Shown here: positions 48,150-56,696 of the stretch, piece by piece
Layout of the letters: the number at the start of each line of letters is the position of its first letter
Position numbering within the stretch: the stretch's first letter is position 1
Virus record (IMG/VR): IMGVR_UViG_2721755846_000001
Coordinates: 5,152-69,151 of that record
Source: a virus
Lineage: Duplodnaviria > Caudoviricetes
Direction: 5' to 3' (one strand)
DNA length: 64,000 nucleotides
Notes under the pieces: model-generated
Told to the model about the DNA's origin: nothing
Databases searched by the model: none
Seen by the model: only the letters and a program-made list of their open reading frames with translations
Translations under genes and position numbers: made by a program

Positions 48150-49027
48150 GACCGGAACGCGTCCACGTCTGCGGCGTCGAAGACGTGCGATCCGCCGTCG
48201 GCGCCTTCCGCAACGGGCGTCAGCCGGCCGCGGTGCACCCAGGAGCGGACCGTCTCTGTCTTCACGCCTTTGGCGCGCGCGACCTCCGCCGTCGTCATCG
48301 TCATGCCACGCACCGCAACAGGCGGCGTGGCATGACGCGCGATGGGCAGCAGTGCGACGCCCGCCGGAACGACATCCGCCATCGGTGAACTGCGCCGCGC
48401 AACAGGGGGCGTGACGATGACGGCGGGAGCCGTGGCAGCCGCCACGATGGGCAGCAGCCGCACCCCCGGAGGGACAGCGTCCGCCCACCGGAAAGCAGTC
48501 GCGGCGGGAGACGCTGCAACGGGGGGCGTTGCGCCCCGCGACGCCTGGTACGCCGTCGCAACGCGACCCCATACGAGCGATGCAAGGTGCGTGCCGAACC
48601 CGATACAGATGACGGGCGCCGCGCTCGCGAGGATCACGTGCCCCCATGTCGGCGCATCGCTGGACGCATCGACGCCGGCGGCTGCGCTGCCGTGTGCAAC
48701 GTTCAGGGTGAGGCTGATTGCGGTCAGTCCGATGACGGTGCCGATCGCCCACCGGTAGCCGCTCGATCCGTAAAGGGCGATGGATGCGACGACGGACAGT
48801 CCGGCGAGCAAGTCGATTACCAAGGGGTAGAACTGCCGGACTTCGTGAAGGCCGATGGTGTCGGCGGTGTCGCGCAACGGGACCCATGAGACGCGCATGC
48901 CGACGACGGCGACGAGCGTCAGGGCTACGAGGATGACGGCGAACCCGACCAGTGATGCAGTCAGGTTCCACCGTGCGGCGGTATTGATCACCGCAGGGGG
49001 TGCGGCACTACTCTTCTTGCGGGCCAT
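48146..49027 (-). CDS. SpdA/DUF2637-like membrane protein with C-terminal MerR-type HTH
   Basis: Four TM helices (YPLVID, SLTLNVAH), Pro/Ala linker, TTAEVARAKGVKTETVRSWVHRGRL. Confidence 0.75.
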   Translation of the reverse strand: MARKKSSAAPPAVINTAARWNLTASLVGFAVILVALTLVAVVGMRVSWVPLRDTADTIGLHEVRQFYPLVIDLLAGLSVVASIALYGSSGYRWAIGTVIGLTAISLTLNVAHGSAAAGVDASSDAPTWGHVILASAAPVICIGFGTHLASLVWGRVATAYQASRGATPPVAASPAATAFRWADAVPPGVRLLPIVAAATAPAVIVTPPVARRSSPMADVVPAGVALLPIARHATPPVAVRGMTMTTAEVARAKGVKTETVRSWVHRGRLTPVAEGADGGSHVFDAADVDAFRS

Positions 49028-49201
49028 GGAGGTCGTATCTCCTGGTCAAGGGTCCCGGTGTCGGTTGCAGCCTTCGCCGGGGCCCGCTGGTTGAGCCCCG
49101 CAAGTGCGGGACCGCTTATCGCTATACGCCTCAGCGGCCGTACGCCGCAAGGGTGTTCGGGGATTCGCCACGGCGCGACACCCCTGACGGGGCGGGTGGG
49201 A

Positions 49202-50870
49202 TCAGAAGTCGTGGATGCAGTGCGGGCACGACCAGATCTCTTCGCCGGACGTGGCGTCAGGCATCTCGGCACTGGCTTCGTCGGAGTGCCGCTTGCGCAT
49301 CTCGGCAAGCTCCGCGTTGTGGTCGCGGATGAGATCCGCCTCGGCCTGGAAGACGTGGAAGCACTCGCCGCACACGCGGTAGATGTCCGCGCCCATCGGC
49401 TCGCTGCGGCCGTGACTCCAACACCAGTCACCGGGCAGCGGATCGGGCCAGTCGGCGTCAGGCATTGGCCACCTGCCCGCGCACCCACAGGTCATAGGCG
49501 GCGAACGCCTGCGCCATCGTGCCGTCGTCGGCGTATACGACTTGTGCCAATAGGCAGGAGTCGCAGCCCCCGCAGGGCGGGTCCCATGTCCAGCCGCCGC
49601 ATGACTTGTAGGCGGGACAGTCCTCGTTGGCGCAGAAGAAAACCCCGACCAGTTCGAACCATTGGTCGGGGCAAGTGCAGTCAGTCATGAGCGCGGTCCG
49701 CCTCGGATATGAGATCCGAGTTCCATACCGTGCTAGTGCGGCCGTTGGCCCATTCCACGTCCACGAACTGAGCGTCGGGGTAGGTCGCAGATTCGCGGGG
49801 CCGTACGCTCTTTGCCTTGCCGGGGCTGTCGTCGTACCAGACGTCATCGCCCGGCTTGAATTTGGTCATCAGGTTCCTTTCGTTGCAGTGTTGCTCAGCC
49901 CCACCAGGAGCACAGCAGCCATTGCGCCTGCTCCTGGGTCGGCGTCATGCCGAGGACTGCGAGAGCGTCGCGCAGCTTGTCGTCCCACTCGGGACTAACC
50001 GTGAAGTCGACGTGCTTGCAGTCGCCGCGGTACGCCGTGAGGACCGAGCCCTTAGCGGCGAGCGTGTACATGGGGTATTCGCCGGAACAGTACGACTTGA
50101 ACTCGACTCCGAGGCGGGCCTCTGCCTCGCGCTCGCGGTCGAAGAAGCCGTCAACCATGTAGTCGGTTTCCGTGAATCCGACGGACGCCATCAGCCGCTT
50201 CTCTGCGGCCGACTCGAAGTCGTTCTCTTCGACGTCAAGCCAATCGAGCCTGAGTTCGCCGTACTCGCCGACTTCGCGTACCTTCCACTCCGCGTCGCCC
50301 CCGGCGAGGTCGTAGCCGTAGACGAGAATGCCGTTCGTTGACTGACCCATCAGGTTCCCTTCCGTGACAAGGCGTCGATCAGCCGCCGCGCTTCAGCGAC
50401 ATTGGCGAGCGCCCACTTGTGGTGGTAGTAGCGGTTCCGGCAGTGACGCAATGCGTTGCCGTACGTGCGCTTCCATGTCGTCGTGCCGCCGTAATAGGTA
50501 GAGCCTGTCTGCGAGCAGATCAGGCACACCCAGCGCCACCGGTCTTTGTCTTTGCGGATGATGACGCAGGTGGTCACGGCTTCCGCGCCTTGTGGAATGC
50601 CCGGACTTCAGCGCGAGTCCACGCAAGGCGGACCCGGAGCTGAGTGAAGTTGACACACGCAATCGCTTCGTTGCGCTCGATGCGTACGCTGAAGTTCCGG
50701 CACCGCGGACACGTCGCCGTGAGATTGGCGCCGTTGGGGCAACCCGGTCCCGGATCAGTCGGCTTGCAGTAGTACGAGTAATCCGAATAGCACTCGCAGC
50801 CGAACGCGTTGACGCGATAGCCGTGCCACCCGCAGCCCGTACAGTCGACGCGATAGCGCTGCGGCTTCAC
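49202..50870 (-). other. Cluster of small phage hypothetical genes, several Cys-rich
   Basis: ORFs ending at 49202, 49458, 49681, 49895, 50350, 50574 with overlapping starts and stops. Confidence 0.55.
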
Positions 50871-51787
50871 GTCCCCTTCCTTTCCTGTAGCCGGTAGCCA
50901 CTGCGCACGGTGGCCTCGCCCTGCCGATAGCCGCCGCGCCCGTTCGCGCTGGCATACGCGTTCGCGAGCGCCTCTATGGCTTCGTCAATGGGGATGCTGT
51001 CGCCGCATGCGGCGCGCGCGGCCCACAGCGTGGCGTTGTTAAGGTTCCCGTCTTCGGCATTGCGGACGGTTTCGACCAGGCCTGAGATGCCACCCGTCTT
51101 CCGCGGCTGCGCGAACAGCGGCTTCGGCGGCGGGGGCTTCTCACGGCACAGCTCGACAAGCCACCGCGGGGCAGGCGCTATCGGCGTCGCATTCTCTGCG
51201 ACGTACCGGCCCTTGGATGTGACGGAGCCGGCGCCTAGCACATACCCTCCGTGCTGGCCCCCGTTGCCGCGGACATCGAGACTGCCCTTGACGATGGACG
51301 CCTGCGAAGCGCGGACACCGGGAGGCCACGAGAAATACAAATGCAAACCCATCGACCCGGTTGTCACGCGGTACGTAGCATTCAGTTCTTCCCAGTCGCC
51401 GCCGTGTCGTTCACATACCGCACGCAGTACGTCGTGCCCGTCGACCCAGGGTCCGAGCTTTTCGTGAAGGTCTTCGTACGCCGTACCGCGTAACTGATAC
51501 TCAGCCTTTGCTATGTCACAGTCCAGAATCAGAAGACCGGACTGCCGCGCCGCAACTGCTGGATTGGCGAGCGGCGACCAGGTCCACATCTCGATAACCC
51601 GGTCAAGGTCGCTGGTCACTTCCTCCGGCCAGCGCACTTTGTACGGTTTGTTTGTGCCCGGATAAAGTAGGTGCGGCTGCTTGTCGATGACGTCGCCGGA
51701 CTCCGGGCACACCGTTCCGGCAGGGTTACACGGGAAGATCGACAGGCGTTGTTGAATGGCGCCGATCGCGTAGCCGATCAAGCTCAT
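50867..51787 (-). CDS. Bifunctional DNA primase/polymerase (Prim-Pol)
   Basis: IFPC, KQP, LLILDCD, TGSMGLHLYF, LDVRG..GYV, AP.WL; TTA codon at Leu99. Confidence 0.9.
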   Translation of the reverse strand: MSLIGYAIGAIQQRLSIFPCNPAGTVCPESGDVIDKQPHLLYPGTNKPYKVRWPEEVTSDLDRVIEMWTWSPLANPAVAARQSGLLILDCDIAKAEYQLRGTAYEDLHEKLGPWVDGHDVLRAVCERHGGDWEELNATYRVTTGSMGLHLYFSWPPGVRASQASIVKGSLDVRGNGGQHGGYVLGAGSVTSKGRYVAENATPIAPAPRWLVELCREKPPPPKPLFAQPRKTGGISGLVETVRNAEDGNLNNATLWAARAACGDSIPIDEAIEALANAYASANGRGGYRQGEATVRSGYRLQERKGT

Positions 51788-51909
51788 CGCGAAGTCCCTT
51801 CTTCATCAAACGGGCGGGGACGGGGTGAGCACGCACCGCCGTCAGGGGAAGCACCCGCCCCCGCCCGCATGACGAAGGGGGGCCCGTTCCGAGGCGGGCC
51901 CCCCTGGGA

Positions 51910-52251
51910 TCACTCGCCGTTCAGCGCGGCGTGAGCTTCTTCGAACGCGGCGCGCGCCACGTCCAGCGCCTTGCCCGCCGCTTCGAGAGCCGGCCCGACG
52001 TGGGCGCCCTCGCCCTGTACGGCCTCGAACTTCAGGCGCGCCGCTTCGAGCCGCGCGGCGTGCGTGTCGAAGGCCTTCTGCGCCTTGTCGAACTTCACCG
52101 TGGCGCGCTCGAACTCCCCCGCCACCTTCGCGAAGGTCAGCGGCTTCCGGCCTCGCTTCTTCGGCTCCGACTCCGGCTCGGGGGTCTCGCCCTCGACCCC
52201 GCCGTCCCAGTCCTCATCGTCCTCGTACGGCTCTGCGACAACTTCGCTCAT
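51910..52251 (-). CDS. Coiled-coil hypothetical protein
   Basis: 113 aa; acidic N-terminus, KKRGRKP. Confidence 0.65.
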   Translation of the reverse strand: MSEVVAEPYEDDEDWDGGVEGETPEPESEPKKRGRKPLTFAKVAGEFERATVKFDKAQKAFDTHAARLEAARLKFEAVQGEGAHVGPALEAAGKALDVARAAFEEAHAALNGE

Positions 52252-52278
52252 GCGCGGGTCTCTCTCTTCCTGTGTCGT

Positions 52279-52315
52279 GGCATCAAAAAAGGACGCGCCC
52301 GGCGGGGTCGCGTCC
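52279..52315 (-). terminator. Intrinsic terminator
   Basis: GGACGCG...CGCGTCCTTTTTTGATGCC. Confidence 0.7.
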
Positions 52316-52332
52316 GTCTGGGGTGGGGCGGG

Positions 52333-53223
52333 TTACGCGCCGTACGTCGCCGCGATCATGCGAGCCTGGCCGTCCGTCATGCCCTCGGGATTGACGCCCT
52401 TGGACTGAAGGAACGCGGCCAGCTGCGGGTCAAGCGGCGCTGCGGGTGCAGCCTGCGCAGGGTTCGCCGCAGGTGCTGAAGGGGCGGGGCTCGGGGCAGG
52501 CACTCCCCACGGCTGAGGGGCAGGCGCACCACCCGTCATCGGGGGCGCAGCCTGTGCAGCAGGGGCCTGTACAGGAGCCGAGGCAGCCGCCCCCCACTGC
52601 CCCTGCGGAGGGCCCGCGGGAGCCGCCTGGGGTGCAGCCTGCGTGTTCTGCCACGGGTCGTACGGCAGCTGCGCAGAGGCGTACTGAGGGTGGCCGTTAC
52701 CCGAGGGAGCAGGGGCGGGCGCAGAACCGTAGGAAGGGGCAGCCGGCGCCTGTCCGTACGCAGGCTGCGGGGCTGCGCCGTACGGTGCCTGCGTAGGGCC
52801 CGCCTGCGGCTGGGCGAACTGCTGCCGCGGATGCGTGGCGATGTACTGCTGAGCGCCCGCGGCGTCCTGATCGGAGAAGTCGGCCAGGTAGTAGGCGCCG
52901 GACTTCTGCCCCTGTGCGGGGCTCTGCGTCAGCCGCCCCAGCACCATGGCACCGAGCTGCGTCTTCAGCTGCGGCACGAGAGCCTTGCCGCCGATGGTCG
53001 TTCCGGCCAGGACGGTGGGCTGCCCGGTCTGCGGATCCATCAGGTCGATGATGACCACGTCGGCTTCGACCATGTCCACGGGACCTTCGTCCTGCTGGAA
53101 CGTCTTCGACGTGACGCGGTCCGGATAGATCAGGAACAGCCTGCCGAGCCAGTCGGCGTGATCGCGCGGCGAGAAGAACCCGGAGTTCTTCGCGGGCTGC
53201 TTGAAGGGCGAAGGGGTTGTCAC
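52333..53223 (-). CDS. Putative ssDNA-binding protein with Pro/Ala/Gln tail
   Basis: ~130-aa beta core plus disordered tail; located between exonuclease and primase. Confidence 0.6.
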   Translation of the reverse strand: MTTPSPFKQPAKNSGFFSPRDHADWLGRLFLIYPDRVTSKTFQQDEGPVDMVEADVVIIDLMDPQTGQPTVLAGTTIGGKALVPQLKTQLGAMVLGRLTQSPAQGQKSGAYYLADFSDQDAAGAQQYIATHPRQQFAQPQAGPTQAPYGAAPQPAYGQAPAAPSYGSAPAPAPSGNGHPQYASAQLPYDPWQNTQAAPQAAPAGPPQGQWGAAASAPVQAPAAQAAPPMTGGAPAPQPWGVPAPSPAPSAPAANPAQAAPAAPLDPQLAAFLQSKGVNPEGMTDGQARMIAATYGA

Positions 53224-53699
53224 TGTGCCTCTTTCTCTTATTCGTGGCAGGGGTCGGACGGGTGGTTAGTGGAACGGGAGGGGGCGTTCGCGTCGGCGCC
53301 GCAGCCGAAGGCCACGAACGCGACAACGCCCAGACTGATCGCGAAGAAGACCCAGCTGATGACCTGGCGCCTCACGGCATCTCGGCCTGGTAGCGGGCAA
53401 TGCTCTTCGCTGTACGCCGTCCGTTGATGTCGAGCGGCCCGAGCCGGTACGCCTTGCGCCGCTCAGGCTTCGCTTCTGCGTTGCGCTGCTCTGCCTCGCG
53501 GCGCTTCTCTTCCCGGAGCGTGCGCATCGCGCCGCGCCCTTGCTTGCCGTGCCAGCTCACTTGAGGTTCCTTCCTGTCCACGGCATCTCGTTTCGTCGGG
53601 CGCCGCAGCCCGCGCACGTCCAGCGCAACGGGCCACGCGTCATTTCCGCCCAGCAGTGCAGCTTGGGGAACAGGCTGTGCAGCAGAGCCACCAGGGCGA

Positions 53700-53888
53700 T
53701 CACGCGATGCGCTCCGATCGGGACTCTTCGAGTAGCTCCCGCACTTCCTTTTCGGGGTACCGGCGCACGCCGCCCACGGTCCGCACGGTGGTGAGCTTTC
53801 CGGCCCTCGCCCAGCGGGTTACTGTCCGCGGGTCAACGCGGAACAGCGTCGCCACTTCGGTGGGAGTGAGTAGGGATTCGGCTTCCAA
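53700..53888 (-). CDS. bldC: BldC-family MerR-like DNA-binding protein
   Basis: TTG start after AAGGAGG; LLTPTEVATLFRVDPRTVTRWARAGKLTTVRTVGGVRRY closely matches Streptomyces BldC. Confidence 0.85.
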   Translation of the reverse strand: MEAESLLTPTEVATLFRVDPRTVTRWARAGKLTTVRTVGGVRRYPEKEVRELLEESRSERIA

Positions 53889-53917
53889 TGTGTCCACCTC
53901 CTTAAGCGGGTGGGATG

Positions 53918-55987
53918 TCATGCGCGGCCGTTGCAGCCGCGCGTCATGTCGGCGTCGCCGGGCGCGAAGAACGGGCAGAATTTGCATGACTCAGGGTCGA
54001 TGTCGAATTCCTTCGCGATGCCCAGCTTGTGAGCGTTGATGTCGAGCCCTGCCCACGTGGCGCGCACCGTCTCATGCATCTTGATCTCGGCGGCTATACC
54101 GTCGACCCGTTCCAGCGCATCGCGCGCTATCTGCGGGTCGTACGGTTCAACGACGACGTACAGATCAGCCAGGCTGGACGCTTCGCGCGGCCACGAGATG
54201 ATCGCCACGAAGTCGACGGCCTCGCCCTTGAGGCGCATGCCATATCCGTAGGTGTGGAGCTGGACGCGCTGTGTCGGCGTCATGCCCTGCGTCCGCAGCT
54301 TGTCGAGACTCCAACGCCCCTGCGACTTGTGATCATCGACCATGCACAGCGTGCGGTCCAGGAGATCCGCCGTCCCGCCGGGTACGTGCTGATTGGGGAA
54401 TTGAAGCCGCTGCTCTACAGCGAAGCGGCCAGTATCACCGCTTGCCCACACGAACATTTCGGCGAGCCCAGCGTGAATACAAGTCCCGACGAAAGCGGCC
54501 CAACCATCTCCGCCGGGATTGACCGGGGGGATTTGCAGGAGGGACATAGCCAGACGGCGGTCACAAGGAGTGCCGATCTCCGAAGGTCCGAGGGTAGTTT
54601 GAGCCGAACGGTTATCGGAGGTGTTCCGGTTGTCATAGCTGTAGAACAACTCCTTCATCCGCGCCGCGACTTGCTCGCCCAGCACTGTCATCGGGATCGG
54701 ATCCGTCACGGCCGCGGGCAGCTTCGCCGGCTGACTGAACGGGCTGCCCGGCTGCGCGAACACCGGCGCCTGCGGCTCCTTTTCGTCCAGCGTCAGGACG
54801 CAGTCCACGGTGTGCCCGTCGGCGAGCCCGCAGCTGTGAGCCACCGCCTTCAGGCGCCTCAGGTCGATGGGCGGTCCGCCGCTGGAGTCCGGCACGATCC
54901 AGTACGGCACGTCACTCGAAGGCAGCGCATCCGCTGGGGTCGGCGGGGTCGCAGCCGTCGAAGGTGCCGCATCCGGTGTCGGCGTGGGGGCACCGGGATA
55001 CGTCGTCTTGCAGCCCGTCAGGTGCGGGTCCTGGCCGCATGAGTGCACCGCCAGGGCACCCGCAGGTGTCGGGCCCGCACTTGCCGCTGTGCTGTCCGGG
55101 GTGCGGGCAGAGCGCGGGAAGAGCTTCGCCAGGGCTTTGACGTCCGGCGGTGTCTCGGACTTGCTGCTCTTCGTGCTGGACGACGCAGCCCCCGAGGCAG
55201 CTACAGCATCCGCCGCAGAGCGGGTGCCCGCGGCAGGTTCCGTACTCGCACTGTCCGGCTTGGCAGGCGGCGGCGCTTCGGGTGCGTCGGGTCGCGGCGG
55301 CAAGGCCTGCGGCGTAGGCGTCGATGCCGGGGATGGCTCCGTCTCCGGAAGCTTCCGGTTCTCGATCTCCCGTGCCTTCGTCGCCCACTTGCTGAGCATC
55401 TCCTCGGCTTCCGTCGGTGCCGCAGCCGCAGGTGCCGCCGGGGTCGAGGCAGTCGGGGTGTTCGCCGCATCCGAGGGTGCGGCCTTCGGGGATGGGGGCC
55501 CGCTCAGGCTGGGCGCGGGCGACCCCTCGCTTTCGCGCGCAGGGCTCGCAGCCGGGCGGGCATCCGTGGCAGTACTCGCCGGGACAGTAGGCGCAGTCAG
55601 GCTCTCGCCCGATGTAGGGGATTCCGTCGTCGTGCATTCCTCCCCCTCCGGGGCTTCGTAGGGCTGGCCTGACTTGGGGCAGTCGACGCGTTCGGAGCTG
55701 GGAACGCCCGGCTCTTTGATGTGCAGCGCGTAGCGGCCTTCGTCGTCGAGCAGCGGGGAGCGCTTGCACTCCGGGCACGGCGCGTAGTCCCGTCCGATGA
55801 CGGGGACGTCGGTGTCTTCGGCTTCCGGTCCGCGCTTCACGATCCACGCGGGGATGATCGTGCGGGAGTTGGGGCACTCCGTTGCCTTCTCGCGGTCGTG
55901 CTTGCGGTAGCGGAACGGGCTCGGAGACTGGCCGGTTGCCGCGATGTTCTTATGGCACTCGCGGCAGTTGTATTTATCGACGGCCAC
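53918..55987 (-). CDS. PD-(D/E)XK (Cas4/RecB-like) exonuclease with long N-terminal extension
   Basis: GPSEIGTPCDRR, GTCIH, GTADL..VDDHK, QLHTYG, CKFCPF; two N-terminal Cys/His fingers and Pro-rich linker; start uncertain. Confidence 0.8.
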   Translation of the reverse strand: MAVDKYNCRECHKNIAATGQSPSPFRYRKHDREKATECPNSRTIIPAWIVKRGPEAEDTDVPVIGRDYAPCPECKRSPLLDDEGRYALHIKEPGVPSSERVDCPKSGQPYEAPEGEECTTTESPTSGESLTAPTVPASTATDARPAASPARESEGSPAPSLSGPPSPKAAPSDAANTPTASTPAAPAAAAPTEAEEMLSKWATKAREIENRKLPETEPSPASTPTPQALPPRPDAPEAPPPAKPDSASTEPAAGTRSAADAVAASGAASSSTKSSKSETPPDVKALAKLFPRSARTPDSTAASAGPTPAGALAVHSCGQDPHLTGCKTTYPGAPTPTPDAAPSTAATPPTPADALPSSDVPYWIVPDSSGGPPIDLRRLKAVAHSCGLADGHTVDCVLTLDEKEPQAPVFAQPGSPFSQPAKLPAAVTDPIPMTVLGEQVAARMKELFYSYDNRNTSDNRSAQTTLGPSEIGTPCDRRLAMSLLQIPPVNPGGDGWAAFVGTCIHAGLAEMFVWASGDTGRFAVEQRLQFPNQHVPGGTADLLDRTLCMVDDHKSQGRWSLDKLRTQGMTPTQRVQLHTYGYGMRLKGEAVDFVAIISWPREASSLADLYVVVEPYDPQIARDALERVDGIAAEIKMHETVRATWAGLDINAHKLGIAKEFDIDPESCKFCPFFAPGDADMTRGCNGRA

Positions 55988-56071
55988 GGCGTCCCCCCTG
56001 TCGCCACGCCCATATGAGGACGCAAAGCCAGAACAGCCCAACGCCGTTCCAGCCGATATCGAATTGCGGAA

Positions 56072-56530
56072 TCACGGGTCTACTTCCAGTTGTCGGGCGG
56101 GCGGGTTCTTGAGGTAGCGGTACGCCCGCTTGAAGAAGTCGAGTTCGTCACGGGCATGTCCGAGCGTGCGATTACACGGTGAACACAGCAGCCCGCGCAC
56201 GCAGTTGCCACACGACACCGGGCCCGCACAGCACGCGTGGTCATGGTCGACGGCCAGCGCTTTCGTGGCCCCTGTCGCGCGGCGGCATATCGCACAGCGC
56301 CCGCCTTGCAGCTCGCGAAGGCGGGCGTAGTCTCCGGGGCCGAGGCCGTACGTCTTCTGCGTATACGTTTCGTGCGCCGCCGCCTTACGCCGCTTCTTTT
56401 CCGCGCGGTGGTGAGTCGCGCACCTCGGGCCAGGGTGCGGTGCGGGACGCGGCTTCGCCGGAACCATCGAGCTGCGCAACCCGTGGCCGCTCGGATAGCA
56501 GTCCTTGCAGACCTTCGTCTTCGGCGGCAT
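56072..56530 (-). CDS. Recombination endonuclease VII
   Basis: YGL, QGGRCAIC, LAVDHDH, VRGLLC..CN..LG. Confidence 0.9.
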   Translation of the reverse strand: MPPKTKVCKDCYPSGHGLRSSMVPAKPRPAPHPGPRCATHHRAEKKRRKAAAHETYTQKTYGLGPGDYARLRELQGGRCAICRRATGATKALAVDHDHACCAGPVSCGNCVRGLLCSPCNRTLGHARDELDFFKRAYRYLKNPPARQLEVDP

Positions 56531-56696
56531 CGGCCTCCGCTTTCCACTTCTCAGCCTTCACGGCAGGGTCGATGTAACCGGGGCGCGGCATGCCACAGAC
56601 GACACACCAGTCGGATTCCACGTTCATGGACGGAACCCCTATCGCGGAATTCCATAAGTGCTCGCCTTTGAGCAACTCCCCCCGGCACATGGCGTG

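Larger units (their letters stand above)
44464..49027 (-). mobile_element. Plasmid/AICE-derived conjugative transfer cassette (spdA-like, traB, clt, spread genes)
   Basis: Seven co-oriented genes typical of Streptomyces transfer regions; no int, xis or rep inside; phage genes on both sides. Confidence 0.8.

Noticed and set aside
48150-48971. N-terminal 274-aa extension of TraB in the ORF track
   Set aside because: Arg-rich shadow frame overlapping the spdA-like gene; real start at 48149 couples to the upstream stop
44464-49200. Complete autonomous AICE inserted in the phage
   Set aside because: No integrase, Xis, RepSA/Rep or TraR and no flanking direct repeats seen; treated as a captured cassette
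52430-52654. Cys-rich metallothionein-like ORF
   Set aside because: Shifted frame of the Pro/Ala tail of the SSB-like gene; Cys arises from NNT-GCN codon pairs
53918-54700. CRISPR-Cas system suggested by the Cas4-like nuclease
   Set aside because: No repeat-spacer array or other cas genes; stand-alone phage exonuclease
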